From contig CAZSYD010000001.1 of the NCBI GenBank assembly GCA_964611355.1, positions 2,745 through 66,744 on the forward strand: a DNA stretch of 64,000 nucleotides, in the 5' to 3' direction. Position 1 is the first letter of the stretch, and the number at the start of each line of letters is the position of its first letter. The notes under the pieces were generated by a model. The model did no database searches. It saw only the letters and a program-made list of their open reading frames with translations, and was not told the DNA's origin. Made by a program: the position numbers and the translations under genes. The stretch comes from an uncultured Ignavibacteriales bacterium (GTDB taxonomy: Bacteria; Zixibacteria; MSB-5A5; GN15; JAAZOE01). Below, piece after piece: positions 1-8,889 of the stretch.

Positions 1-1653
1 TCATGGCCGACGGTTAGATTCTGGATGACGTCCGGGGCAGAGAAGGATCAATTGGCCAAAAACAACCCAGCGAAGCTATTCAGGATGAAACAGGAAGCTA
101 TTCGTCTGGGTCGTGATCTCCAGGGCGGTATGTATGTTGTTTTGAGAGTCCAGATGGAACGACTGGACGAAAACGCCAGAAAAGACGCCGTTGACCGGGC
201 CCTCCAGATCATTCGCAATCGAATCGACGAGTTCGGCGTCACCGAACCGATGATTCAGAAACAGGGGAATGACCGGGTTGTCATAGAGCTTCCAGGCTTT
301 ACCGACACGGAGCGGGCGCAAAAACTGATTGGCGAGACGGCCCAGTTGCAATTCAAGCTGTTGGAAACGCCGGAAAACGCTTCCCTGCTTCTCAATAAAA
401 TAGATAAGGCGCTGGAGGAACTGGGTATTTCGGTTGAAAGTGTGACTCCGAAAGCGGAAGAAGAAACGGCGGCGTTGCAGGATTCAACCGTAACGGATTC
501 GATCGTCGCTGCCGACAGCGCCAAAGCCGAAGTTAACGTTCTGGCCGACCTGCTGGGCGAACAGGCTGATTCGCTTGGTGAGGCTGACATACTGACCGAA
601 GAGGAGTTGGAGTCGCCGTTCTCAATCTATCTGGAACCGATCCCGGGCATGGCGGAACCGATGTGGATGGTCGAAAACGAGTATGTTCTCAATCTGAAGG
701 CTATTTTGGACAGACCGGAAATAAAGAAAATTATTCCCAGCGACGTCGAGTTTTCCTGGGGCACGAGAGCCCAAAGTGAAAAGGGTCGGATAATGACCCA
801 ATTATATCTCTTGAAGAGCCGGGTACAGATGTCAGGCGAATACCTGACTGACGCTTCTCCCCAAACCGATCAGTTCGGGTCGCCCCATGTCGCCTTCCAG
901 CTTACCCGTGAAGGCGGGCGGATTTTCTCCCGCGTTACCGGCCCGAACATCGGCAAGCCGCTGGCGATTGTCCTCGACGGGAAGGTGGAATCAGCCCCCA
1001 ACATTCAGGACCGTATTCGTGACCAGGGGCGGATTACCCTGGGCCGCGGCGCCACCTTCGAAGAGGCGCGCGATCTTTCAATCGTTCTCAAGGCAGGCGC
1101 TCTGCCGGCGCCGGTGGAAATCATCGAAAGCAGCGTGGTTGGCCCGTCGCTGGGAAAGGATTCCATCAGCAAAGGTCTGACCTCTTCCTATATCGCCCTG
1201 ATTCTGGTTCTGGTCTTTATTGGCATTTATTACAGGTTGTCGGGCGTTATTGCCGATATTGCCCTGGTTTTCAACCTCTTCTTCTTGCTGGCGGCCATGG
1301 CCGCTCTGCGGGCCACTCTGACCATGCCGGGCATCGCCGGAATTATCCTGACTATCGGCATTTCGGTCGATTCCAATGTACTGATATTTGAACGGATTCG
1401 TGAGGAGATGTTCACCGGCAAGACGGTACGAGCCGCAATCGACGCCGGTTACGACCGGGCGCTGCTAACGATCATCGACAGCCACGTCACCACCCTGATT
1501 ACGGCCGCGATTCTTTTTATGTTGGGATCAGGACCGGTCAAGGGATTTGCCGTTTCGCTGTTTCTGGGTGTGTCGATCTCACTTTACACGGCGCTGGTGA
1601 TAACCAAGGTGATCTTCGACATCCGTAAGGGTTACAGGACCCTTTCCATATAG
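1..1653 (+). CDS. secD: Protein translocase subunit SecD (5' end truncated by window edge)
   Basis: The frame is open from nt 1, with no stop before the ATG at 25. A periplasmic-type region is followed by hydrophobic segments (IALILVLVFIGIYY, IAGIILTIGISVDSNVLIFERIREE). secF follows directly. Confidence 0.9.
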   Translation, partial: SWPTVRFWMTSGAEKDQLAKNNPAKLFRMKQEAIRLGRDLQGGMYVVLRVQMERLDENARKDAVDRALQIIRNRIDEFGVTEPMIQKQGNDRVVIELPGFTDTERAQKLIGETAQLQFKLLETPENASLLLNKIDKALEELGISVESVTPKAEEETAALQDSTVTDSIVAADSAKAEVNVLADLLGEQADSLGEADILTEEELESPFSIYLEPIPGMAEPMWMVENEYVLNLKAILDRPEIKKIIPSDVEFSWGTRAQSEKGRIMTQLYLLKSRVQMSGEYLTDASPQTDQFGSPHVAFQLTREGGRIFSRVTGPNIGKPLAIVLDGKVESAPNIQDRIRDQGRITLGRGATFEEARDLSIVLKAGALPAPVEIIESSVVGPSLGKDSISKGLTSSYIALILVLVFIGIYYRLSGVIADIALVFNLFFLLAAMAALRATLTMPGIAGIILTIGISVDSNVLIFERIREEMFTGKTVRAAIDAGYDRALLTIIDSHVTTLITAAILFMLGSGPVKGFAVSLFLGVSISLYTALVITKVIFDIRKGYRTLSI

Positions 1654-1676
1654 AGCACTTGAGGAGATAATAAAAG

Positions 1677-2615
1677 ATGTTTAGAATATTGTCCAAAACC
1701 AATATCAACTTTATCGGGTTACGGAAGATCTCTTTTGTTCTTTCGGCGATTCTGATCCTTTTGGGACTGGTCGCTTTTATGAGTATTTTGCTGGGCAAGG
1801 CTAATATGGGTATTGACTTTACCGGCGGTACCATGATCGAGGGCAGCTTTGAAAAGCCGATAGATATCGGGAATCTGCGGACGGCGTTGATTAAAGGCGG
1901 TTTCCCGGAAGCCTCCATCCAGGAATTGAAAGCCGAGGACGTGGAAAACTTCTATCTGATCAGGGTCAAAACAGTCGGCGAAGAAAATGTCGAAGCCGGC
2001 ACTGTCGAAACGGTTAATGTGATTCTCGGATTGATCGAAGAAGCCTTTTCTGAAAACAGCTTTCGCAAGGATTCTCACCATATAATCGGCGCCCTGGTGG
2101 GCGGAGACCTGCGTAATGCCGCCGTCAAGGCGGTTCTTCTGGCGGCGGTGGGAATCCTGATATATATCTGGTTGCGTTTCGACTTCCGCTTCGGTGTGGC
2201 CGCCACCATAGCGACCGTCCACGACGTTTTAACCGTTCTGGGGATTTTCTGGATTCTGGGAATTGAGATTGATCTCCTGGTTATCACGGCCCTTCTAACT
2301 CTGGCAGGTTATTCACTTACGGATTCGGTGGTTGTCTTTGACCGGATACGTGAGAACCTGAGGCTTTTCCGCAAGAAAGGCGATTTCGTGGCAACCATCA
2401 ACACCAGTATCAACGAGGTGCTTTCGCGGACTGTTATCACCACTGTAACCGTTCTGCTGGTGATTCTGACGATTCTGTTTTTCGGCGGTCATGTGCTTTT
2501 CACTTTCTCGCTGGCGCTGGCTATCGGTGTGCTGGTGGGAACTTACAGTTCGGTATTCGTGGCCAGTCCGATTGTCGTCGAGTGGGAAGCCCACAGCCCG
2601 AAGCGGTTTAAGTAA
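1677..2615 (+). CDS. secF: Protein translocase subunit SecF
   Basis: 312 aa with an N-terminal TM helix and a SecF-type core (LAGYSLTDSVVVFDRIRENL). Starts 24 nt downstream of secD. Confidence 0.9.
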   Translation: MFRILSKTNINFIGLRKISFVLSAILILLGLVAFMSILLGKANMGIDFTGGTMIEGSFEKPIDIGNLRTALIKGGFPEASIQELKAEDVENFYLIRVKTVGEENVEAGTVETVNVILGLIEEAFSENSFRKDSHHIIGALVGGDLRNAAVKAVLLAAVGILIYIWLRFDFRFGVAATIATVHDVLTVLGIFWILGIEIDLLVITALLTLAGYSLTDSVVVFDRIRENLRLFRKKGDFVATINTSINEVLSRTVITTVTVLLVILTILFFGGHVLFTFSLALAIGVLVGTYSSVFVASPIVVEWEAHSPKRFK

Positions 2616-2626
2616 ATCTTATCAAC

Positions 2627-2656
2627 AAAAAAACCCCGCTGCGGCGGGGTTTTTTT
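2627..2656 (+). terminator. Rho-independent terminator after secF
   Basis: A-run, then stem ccccgc (2634-2639) and gcgggg (2644-2649) around loop tgcg, followed by 7 T (2650-2656). Confidence 0.8.
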
Positions 2657-2800
2657 GTGTCAGAATTGTGTATCAGGTCATTTTCATATGCGTATAAAGA
2701 ACAGGTGTTCAAACCAATATTCTATATCAAATAGTATATGTATTATTTGAGGGCTGACATGCGTAGTGATAGGGCATGCAAATAAAAAAAGGAGGGACCA

Positions 2801-3460
2801 ATGTCGCTTAAGGCCTCATTCCTGCCGTTGGCTTTGGTATTATTTTTGGCGGTTCAAACTGCCTTTGCGTCTTCAGCCAGCCGTCCTGAATTGGAAATTG
2901 AGGGCTCGATTGCTATTGAAAGCAACTTCGAAGAGAGTATGGAATTTGATATTGTCTTCAAATTCATGCTCAAACCTGAAGGGCATTCGTATGATATAAT
3001 ACAACAGCAGCTTGAATCTCTGCGTAGTAAGGCGAAAAGCGGAGATTCTGAAGCAATCGCGACTCTAAATAGATTTAACCAAAAAATTGATACTGCCTAT
3101 TTATTGCCGGACAGCAATATTGAATTCCTATCGCCAGCAAGCTGGAGTGGAAAACTCGAACCGAACAAAGAAAACAGGTTGACAGTAAAAGCTCGATTGC
3201 TATACAAAATACAGACTCGGGTTGAGGGGGTGATCGGGTCCGCTTGCGAGAGGGGCATTGAAGACAATACTATACAATGCACATTTAATAGCTATTTCGC
3301 CTCAGACGTATTGTTTGAAGAAATATTGCCGGGTAAGAAAACGCCGAACGCAGACAGGTTACGTATTGACAGTTCCGGCAAGGCGATTACAATCAGGCAA
3401 GTGCATAAACCGGGCCTTTTTATAACTGATAGTACAAAAACGATAGAAAAAGTCGACTGA
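2801..3460 (+). CDS. Hypothetical secreted protein (orphan)
   Basis: Strong SD (aggaggg) 4 nt before the ATG. Signal-peptide-like N-terminus (LPLALVLFLAVQTAFASSA). I recognise no family motif. G+C is somewhat lower than in neighbours. Confidence 0.55.
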   Translation: MSLKASFLPLALVLFLAVQTAFASSASRPELEIEGSIAIESNFEESMEFDIVFKFMLKPEGHSYDIIQQQLESLRSKAKSGDSEAIATLNRFNQKIDTAYLLPDSNIEFLSPASWSGKLEPNKENRLTVKARLLYKIQTRVEGVIGSACERGIEDNTIQCTFNSYFASDVLFEEILPGKKTPNADRLRIDSSGKAITIRQVHKPGLFITDSTKTIEKVD

Positions 3461-3559
3461 CGGGTTACACTGCTTCGCGGTGGGTAAAATAATACCGCCA
3501 CATGGTCGAATGCCCTCGTCAAATCATTCGTAACGTGCCTGTTAATGATAATTTATAGA

Positions 3560-4081
3560 TTATAGAAACTTCGAGAAATCTATCTCGATTTTTCTTTTCG
3601 GCGCGGGCATTTGGATCATCTGCACCCCGGCCAGCTTGAACATCCGCCGCGCGGCAATAGATTTTTCATCTTCAGGATATTTGTCGCTAATATAGATAAC
3701 CGCCTTGATGCCGGCCTGGATAATCATCTTAGCGCATTCGTTGCAGGGAAATAGATTGACATACATTCGACAGTTGTTCATCCGGCCGAAATCGCTGTTT
3801 AGGATCGCGTTCATCTCGGCATGGCAGACATAGGGATACTTGGTATCAAGATATTCGCCCTGCCGCGCCCATGGCAGTTCATCGTCGCTGCAACCGGCCG
3901 GAAAGCCGTTGTAACCGATGCCGACGATCCGGTTTTCCATGTTGACGATACAGGCTCCGACCTGGCTGTTGGGATCCTTGCTGCGGAACGAGGAAAGAAC
4001 CGCCAGCGCCATGAAATACTCATCCCAGTTAAGGAAATCTTCTCTTTTCGTCGTTTTTTCTTCTGATATCATGCTTTCCAT
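3560..4081 (-). CDS. Deoxycytidylate (dCMP) deaminase, ComEB-like
   Basis: Zinc-deaminase motifs HAEMNAI and PCNECAKMI. 173 aa, the typical size. Confidence 0.88.
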   Translation of the reverse strand: MESMISEEKTTKREDFLNWDEYFMALAVLSSFRSKDPNSQVGACIVNMENRIVGIGYNGFPAGCSDDELPWARQGEYLDTKYPYVCHAEMNAILNSDFGRMNNCRMYVNLFPCNECAKMIIQAGIKAVIYISDKYPEDEKSIAARRMFKLAGVQMIQMPAPKRKIEIDFSKFL

Positions 4082-4381
4082 ACCCCTGCCATCAAGACGA
4101 TTGTTTCTCTTTGCCCGTGATTATAAGCGACCCGGATTGCCCTGTCAACCATATCTGCGAAGCAACGGGATTTTTCCGGACTATTTCGGCTCACAAGAGT
4201 TTGAATTCTACATTCTATACCGGCAATATCAAGGGGAGCGGGATATTTCGCTTATGATTTATCAAGACAATAACCCCAAAACACGTGTTGAACTGTCGAT
4301 CTTATTGCTTCGGATATTGCGGGAAGGCTTTGCTGTTGACTTATCCCGCCGATTATATAATAATAACATATTGGAGTTTGT

Positions 4382-5245
4382 ATGCCGGATCTGTATATAG
4401 TTGAATTCAAAGGCCACCGGCGTGGCTATTATTATAATACCTATTACCACAGCCTTGAGCTTAGCAGCGGTGTAATCGTCGAGGCCGAGCGGGGCGAAGA
4501 CATGGGAAAACTCTCCGCTCAGCTCCCCGACGCAAGTAAGCCGAATCTTGAAGAGAGGCCAATGTCGATTTTGCGTCCGGCCACGCCCGAGGATACAGTC
4601 ATTAGCAGGGATAACACCGAGGCCGAAAAAGAAGCAATGAAACGATGCCGGGAATTGATCGCCAGCCACGGTTTGCCGATGAAATTGATTGGTTCCGAAT
4701 ACCAGCACGACCGCAACAAGCTGACTTTTTACTTCACCTCCGACAATCGGATTGATTTCCGGGCGCTGGTGCGCGACCTTGCGGCTATATATAAAACCCG
4801 TATTGAACTGCGGCAGATCGGCGTTCGTGACGCCGCCCGGCGGCTAGGAGGGTACGGTATATGTGGGCTGAGACAATGTTGCTGTTCGTATCTGAAAGGT
4901 TTTGAACCGATCTCAACCCAGATGGCCCGCGAACAGAACCTGTCGCTTAACCCGTCCAAAATCTCAGGCAACTGCGGGCGGTTGCTTTGCTGCCTGACCT
5001 ACGAAAAGCAGTATTATGAAGAAGCTCTGAAAAATTTCCCGATGCAGGGGGAGACGTATACGACTGAAAAAGGCGAAGGGGTGATCGAGTCGATAAATAT
5101 TTTTGAAGATCATATGGTAATCAGATACCCCGGCGGGGAAATGGAGAAGGTAACGCTGATTGATATTAAAAAGCGGGAACGGCGCGGGAAATCGTTTTTC
5201 AAGAATTGGCGTTCCCGGGTCGAAAAACACCCGAATAACAGGTAA
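4382..5245 (+). CDS. PSP1 domain protein (RicT/YaaT-like)
   Basis: The pattern LTFYFTSDNRIDFRALVRDLAAIYKTRIELRQIG plus the Cys cluster CGLRQCCCSYL...CGRLLCCL is typical of the PSP1 C-terminal domain. Confidence 0.8.
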   Translation: MPDLYIVEFKGHRRGYYYNTYYHSLELSSGVIVEAERGEDMGKLSAQLPDASKPNLEERPMSILRPATPEDTVISRDNTEAEKEAMKRCRELIASHGLPMKLIGSEYQHDRNKLTFYFTSDNRIDFRALVRDLAAIYKTRIELRQIGVRDAARRLGGYGICGLRQCCCSYLKGFEPISTQMAREQNLSLNPSKISGNCGRLLCCLTYEKQYYEEALKNFPMQGETYTTEKGEGVIESINIFEDHMVIRYPGGEMEKVTLIDIKKRERRGKSFFKNWRSRVEKHPNNR

Positions 5246-5271
5246 CCCTTCAATGAGGGTTAATTCCTCGT

Positions 5272-7248
5272 ATGGCAAGAACCTCTCGGAAAGAAACGGA
5301 CCGTACGAATAAAGGGGGCAAGATCGTGCTGAGTGATGTTTATGTGACGACGCCAATATATTACGTCAACGACAAGCCTCATATCGGGCATGCTTATACA
5401 TCCATCGCGGCCGATTTCCTGGCCCGGTTCTATCGGCTGGCCGGAAGGGAGTCGTTTTTCTTGACCGGAACCGACGAGCACGGCACTAAAATCGCCGAAA
5501 CTGCCGCAATTGCCGCAAAGTCGCCGCAGGAGTTATGCGACGAAATGGCGGCGCATTTCAAAAAAACCTGGGAAGCGCTCGGTCTGGCTCCCGATTATTT
5601 CGTTCGCACCACCGATGATCGGCATGTCGAGGCGGTCCGAAAACTGCTTGCTGTTCTTAAAGAGGCCAAAACCCCAGACGGTCAGGATGTAATTTACGAA
5701 GGCGTTTACGAAGGCCTCTACTGCACGGGTTGTGAAAAGTTTCTAACCGAAACCGACATGGAGAACGGCAACTGCATCTACCACAAGACGCCGCCGGTGC
5801 CGCTTAAGGAAAGGAACTACTTCTTCCGGCTGTCGTCTTATATACCGATTCTAAAGGACAAGGTTGAGAAAAACGAGTTAATGATTTTGCCCAAAGAGCG
5901 ACGTAAAGAGGTTCTGGGGCTTCTAAATCTCGGTCTGCCCGATTTTTCGATTTCGCGCGAATCGGTCAAATGGGGTATCCCTCTCCCGTTCGACCCTTCC
6001 CAGATTGCTTATGTCTGGGTGGACGCTCTCCCGAATTATATTTCGGGCGTTGGTTACGGCGATAATGGGAAACAGTTCGACAAATGGTGGAATTCGGCCA
6101 CGGTTGTGCACCTGATGGCCAAGGATATCCTGAAGTTCCACACTATCTACTGGCCGGCGATGTTAATGGCGGCCGGCGTGAAAACGCCGGATCGAATTTT
6201 CCTGCACGGATTTTTCACCGTCAACGGAGAAAAAATGGGCAAATCGGCAGGGAATATGATCGACCCCAACAAAATGGTCGAAATCTACGGCTCCGATGCT
6301 ACCCGGTACCTGCTCCTGAATCAATATCCGTTCGGCATGGACGGCGACATCAAGGAAAGCGAGTTCGCCGTCCGGTACAACGCCGATCTGGCCAACGATT
6401 TGGGCAACCTGGTTTCGCGCGTGGCCAAGATGATTATCCGGTACTTTGACGGTGTGTTACCGGAGCCGAAAGCGGGCATCCCCGGGCAGAAGGAAATGAT
6501 GGAAATCGCCGAAGATCTCCCGGATAGCGTTTACGATTATGTCAGGAAATTCCGGATAACCGATGCCATCGGCGGCGCTTTGAGCCTTGTGCGGGAGACC
6601 AATCGCTTTGTTGAAAATGCCGCTCCCTGGAAACTGGCCGGGGAAGGCAAATTCGATACGGTAGGCGGGATTTTATATACGGCGAGCGAATTGATACGGA
6701 TTGTAACAGTTCTTCTCTTTCCGATAATGCCCGGCAAAATGCGGGAGATCAGGTCGATTTTCAACCTCGATGATTCCAGCCTGACGCTTGATTCCGCCCG
6801 GACGTGGTTTGATCTGCCCCATGGCAGCAAGATCAATTTCAAGGGATCGGTCTTTCCCCGGCTTGATCCGGGTAAAATACCCGCGCTGGTTGAACCGCCC
6901 GAGACAAAAGAAAACGAAAAGACCAATCTTATCACGATTGATGATTTCAGCAAGCTTGACGTGAGAGTTGCTATAGTTGAATCAGCTGATAAAGTAGAAA
7001 AGGCCGATCGCCTGCTGAAACTTCAAATCGATATCGGAGATGAGAAACGGCAGATTGTTGCCGGTATAGCGCAGCAATACCAGCCGGATGAAATCGTCGG
7101 GAAAAGGATTGTCGTCGTCGTTAACCTTGAGCCGGTCAAAATCAGGGGGATAGAATCGCGCGGCATGCTTCTGGCGGCCCAAAAAGACGGCGTACTGAAA
7201 CTGGTTACAATCGACGGCGATATCGCTCCCGGAGCTACGATCAGCTAA
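5272..7248 (+). CDS. metG: Methionine--tRNA ligase with C-terminal tRNA-binding domain
   Basis: HIGH-type motif (KPHIGHAYT) and KMSKS-type motif (KMGKS). C-terminal EMAP/Trbp111-like segment (DVRVAIVESADKVEKADRLLKLQIDIG). An in-frame GTG at 5326 with an upstream ggggg is an alternative start. Confidence 0.92.
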   Translation: MARTSRKETDRTNKGGKIVLSDVYVTTPIYYVNDKPHIGHAYTSIAADFLARFYRLAGRESFFLTGTDEHGTKIAETAAIAAKSPQELCDEMAAHFKKTWEALGLAPDYFVRTTDDRHVEAVRKLLAVLKEAKTPDGQDVIYEGVYEGLYCTGCEKFLTETDMENGNCIYHKTPPVPLKERNYFFRLSSYIPILKDKVEKNELMILPKERRKEVLGLLNLGLPDFSISRESVKWGIPLPFDPSQIAYVWVDALPNYISGVGYGDNGKQFDKWWNSATVVHLMAKDILKFHTIYWPAMLMAAGVKTPDRIFLHGFFTVNGEKMGKSAGNMIDPNKMVEIYGSDATRYLLLNQYPFGMDGDIKESEFAVRYNADLANDLGNLVSRVAKMIIRYFDGVLPEPKAGIPGQKEMMEIAEDLPDSVYDYVRKFRITDAIGGALSLVRETNRFVENAAPWKLAGEGKFDTVGGILYTASELIRIVTVLLFPIMPGKMREIRSIFNLDDSSLTLDSARTWFDLPHGSKINFKGSVFPRLDPGKIPALVEPPETKENEKTNLITIDDFSKLDVRVAIVESADKVEKADRLLKLQIDIGDEKRQIVAGIAQQYQPDEIVGKRIVVVVNLEPVKIRGIESRGMLLAAQKDGVLKLVTIDGDIAPGATIS

Positions 7249-7264
7249 GTCTTCCCGTCCGGTT

Positions 7265-8035
7265 ATGATAGATACCCACTGCCATATCGACTTCCGGGAT
7301 TTTGACCAAGACCGGGAAGAGGTAATCGTCCAGGCCGCCGAGTACGGCGTTGACAGGTTGATTAATATCGGCGTCGATATCCAGTCGTGCCGCCGCTCGT
7401 TTACCCTGGCGGATTCGTACGAGAATATCTATTGCACGGTCGGGATACATCCTCACGACAGTAAAACGCTGACTAATGATTTTCTGGTCGAGATGGGAAA
7501 AATGGCCGAGCACCCGAAAGTTGTCGGGATCGGCGAGATCGGGTTGGATTATTATCGTGACCTGTCGCCGCGCGATATACAAAAGAAAGCGTTTATCCGA
7601 CAGCTTGACCTGGCGGTTGATCTGAAATTACCGGTCGTGATTCATGTTCGCGAGGCGATGGAGGACGCCGTCCCGATTATTGAGAATTACGCCGGCAAGC
7701 TTCGCGGCGTCTTTCATTGTTTTCCCGGGACGATCGAGCAGGCTCGCCAGGTGGCGGCAATGGGATTTTATATTTCGGTTAATGGGATGCTGACCTACAA
7801 AAACTCAAAAATGGCGACCGTGGCGCAGCAAGCTGAGTTGGAGACGATCCTGATCGAAACCGATTGTCCCTACCTGACTCCGTCGCCGCATCGCGGCAAG
7901 AGAAACGTTCCGGCGTACGTAAAATATGTCTGCGCCAAACTGGCGGAACTGAGCGGTATGAAATTCTCCGAAATCGACAAGATCACCACTCGCAACGCTG
8001 AAAAGCTGTTTGGCCTGGTGGAGACATTCGGCTGA
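7265..8035 (+). CDS. tatD: TatD-family metal-dependent hydrolase/DNase
   Basis: N-terminal MIDTHCHIDF, and EIGLDYY and ETDCPYL motifs. Confidence 0.88.
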   Translation: MIDTHCHIDFRDFDQDREEVIVQAAEYGVDRLINIGVDIQSCRRSFTLADSYENIYCTVGIHPHDSKTLTNDFLVEMGKMAEHPKVVGIGEIGLDYYRDLSPRDIQKKAFIRQLDLAVDLKLPVVIHVREAMEDAVPIIENYAGKLRGVFHCFPGTIEQARQVAAMGFYISVNGMLTYKNSKMATVAQQAELETILIETDCPYLTPSPHRGKRNVPAYVKYVCAKLAELSGMKFSEIDKITTRNAEKLFGLVETFG

Positions 8036-8826
8036 TGATAAGGGCCAAAAAATCTCTCGGTCAGCATTTCCTTTCCGATCCTCTGATAGTCTCACAAATA
8101 ATGGAGGCCCTGGCACCGCAGGCGGGTGAGACGATACTGGAAATCGGCCCGGGCGAAGGTGTTCTGACCATGCCGCTGGTCAATTCAGGCGCCGAAATCG
8201 TGGCCGTGGAACTTGACCGCCGGCTGGCTCCGAGGTTGGAAAAGCTGTTTGGAACGCATAATAATTTCCGCGTTGTTGAAGCTGATATATTGTCGATTGA
8301 TCCGGGAAGCGTCGGGCTGGAAAATTTCGCCGTGGTGGGTAACCTTCCATATAACATCACCACGCCCGTCATGGACTGGCTATTCAAATATCATGACAAC
8401 ATCGGCCGGGCAGTGCTGATGATGCAGAAGGAAGTGGCCGAAAGGGTAACCTCGCCGCCCGGCAAAAGGGCGCGTTCGACGATATCGGTTCTCACCGAGC
8501 TTTATTACGACGGCGAGTTGTTTTGTCTCGTTCCACCGGAATCATTCAAGCCCCCACCAAAGGTTGACTCGGCCGTGGTGCGGTTTGTGCGCCATAATCG
8601 GAAATATGAAATCAGCAATCTCGCGCGCTTTGAGAAGTTTGTCCGCTTCTGTTTCGCCGGTAAACGGAAAAACCTGCTCAATAACCTTAATTCAGCTTAC
8701 CCGATCAGGCGCGAGCAGTTAAGCGAGACAATCACACAGGTATGCGGATCAAATAAAATCCGTGCAGAACAGATCGAACTGGATAGTTTTATCAGGCTTT
8801 CAGAAGAAATCTTTCGCCGGACGTAA
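8035..8826 (+). CDS. rsmA: 16S rRNA (adenine1518/1519-N6)-dimethyltransferase
   Basis: KSLGQHFL N-terminus, SAM motif ILEIGPGEGVLT, and NLPYNITTP motif. The start overlaps the tatD stop. Confidence 0.92.
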   Translation: MIRAKKSLGQHFLSDPLIVSQIMEALAPQAGETILEIGPGEGVLTMPLVNSGAEIVAVELDRRLAPRLEKLFGTHNNFRVVEADILSIDPGSVGLENFAVVGNLPYNITTPVMDWLFKYHDNIGRAVLMMQKEVAERVTSPPGKRARSTISVLTELYYDGELFCLVPPESFKPPPKVDSAVVRFVRHNRKYEISNLARFEKFVRFCFAGKRKNLLNNLNSAYPIRREQLSETITQVCGSNKIRAEQIELDSFIRLSEEIFRRT

Positions 8827-8863
8827 ACATCTAATGCCCTGTCTCCCGGATTGAGCCAAAGCG

Positions 8864-8874
8864 TCGGGTTTCTC
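8864..8874. repeat. Left copy of exact 11-bp direct repeat TCGGGTTTCTC bracketing the AT-rich cassette
   Basis: The identical 11-mer occurs at 12478-12488 in the same orientation. This copy lies between the rsmA stop (8826) and the radical SAM stop (8890). Confidence 0.5.
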
Positions 8875-8889
8875 ATTCGTTGCGCTTCA

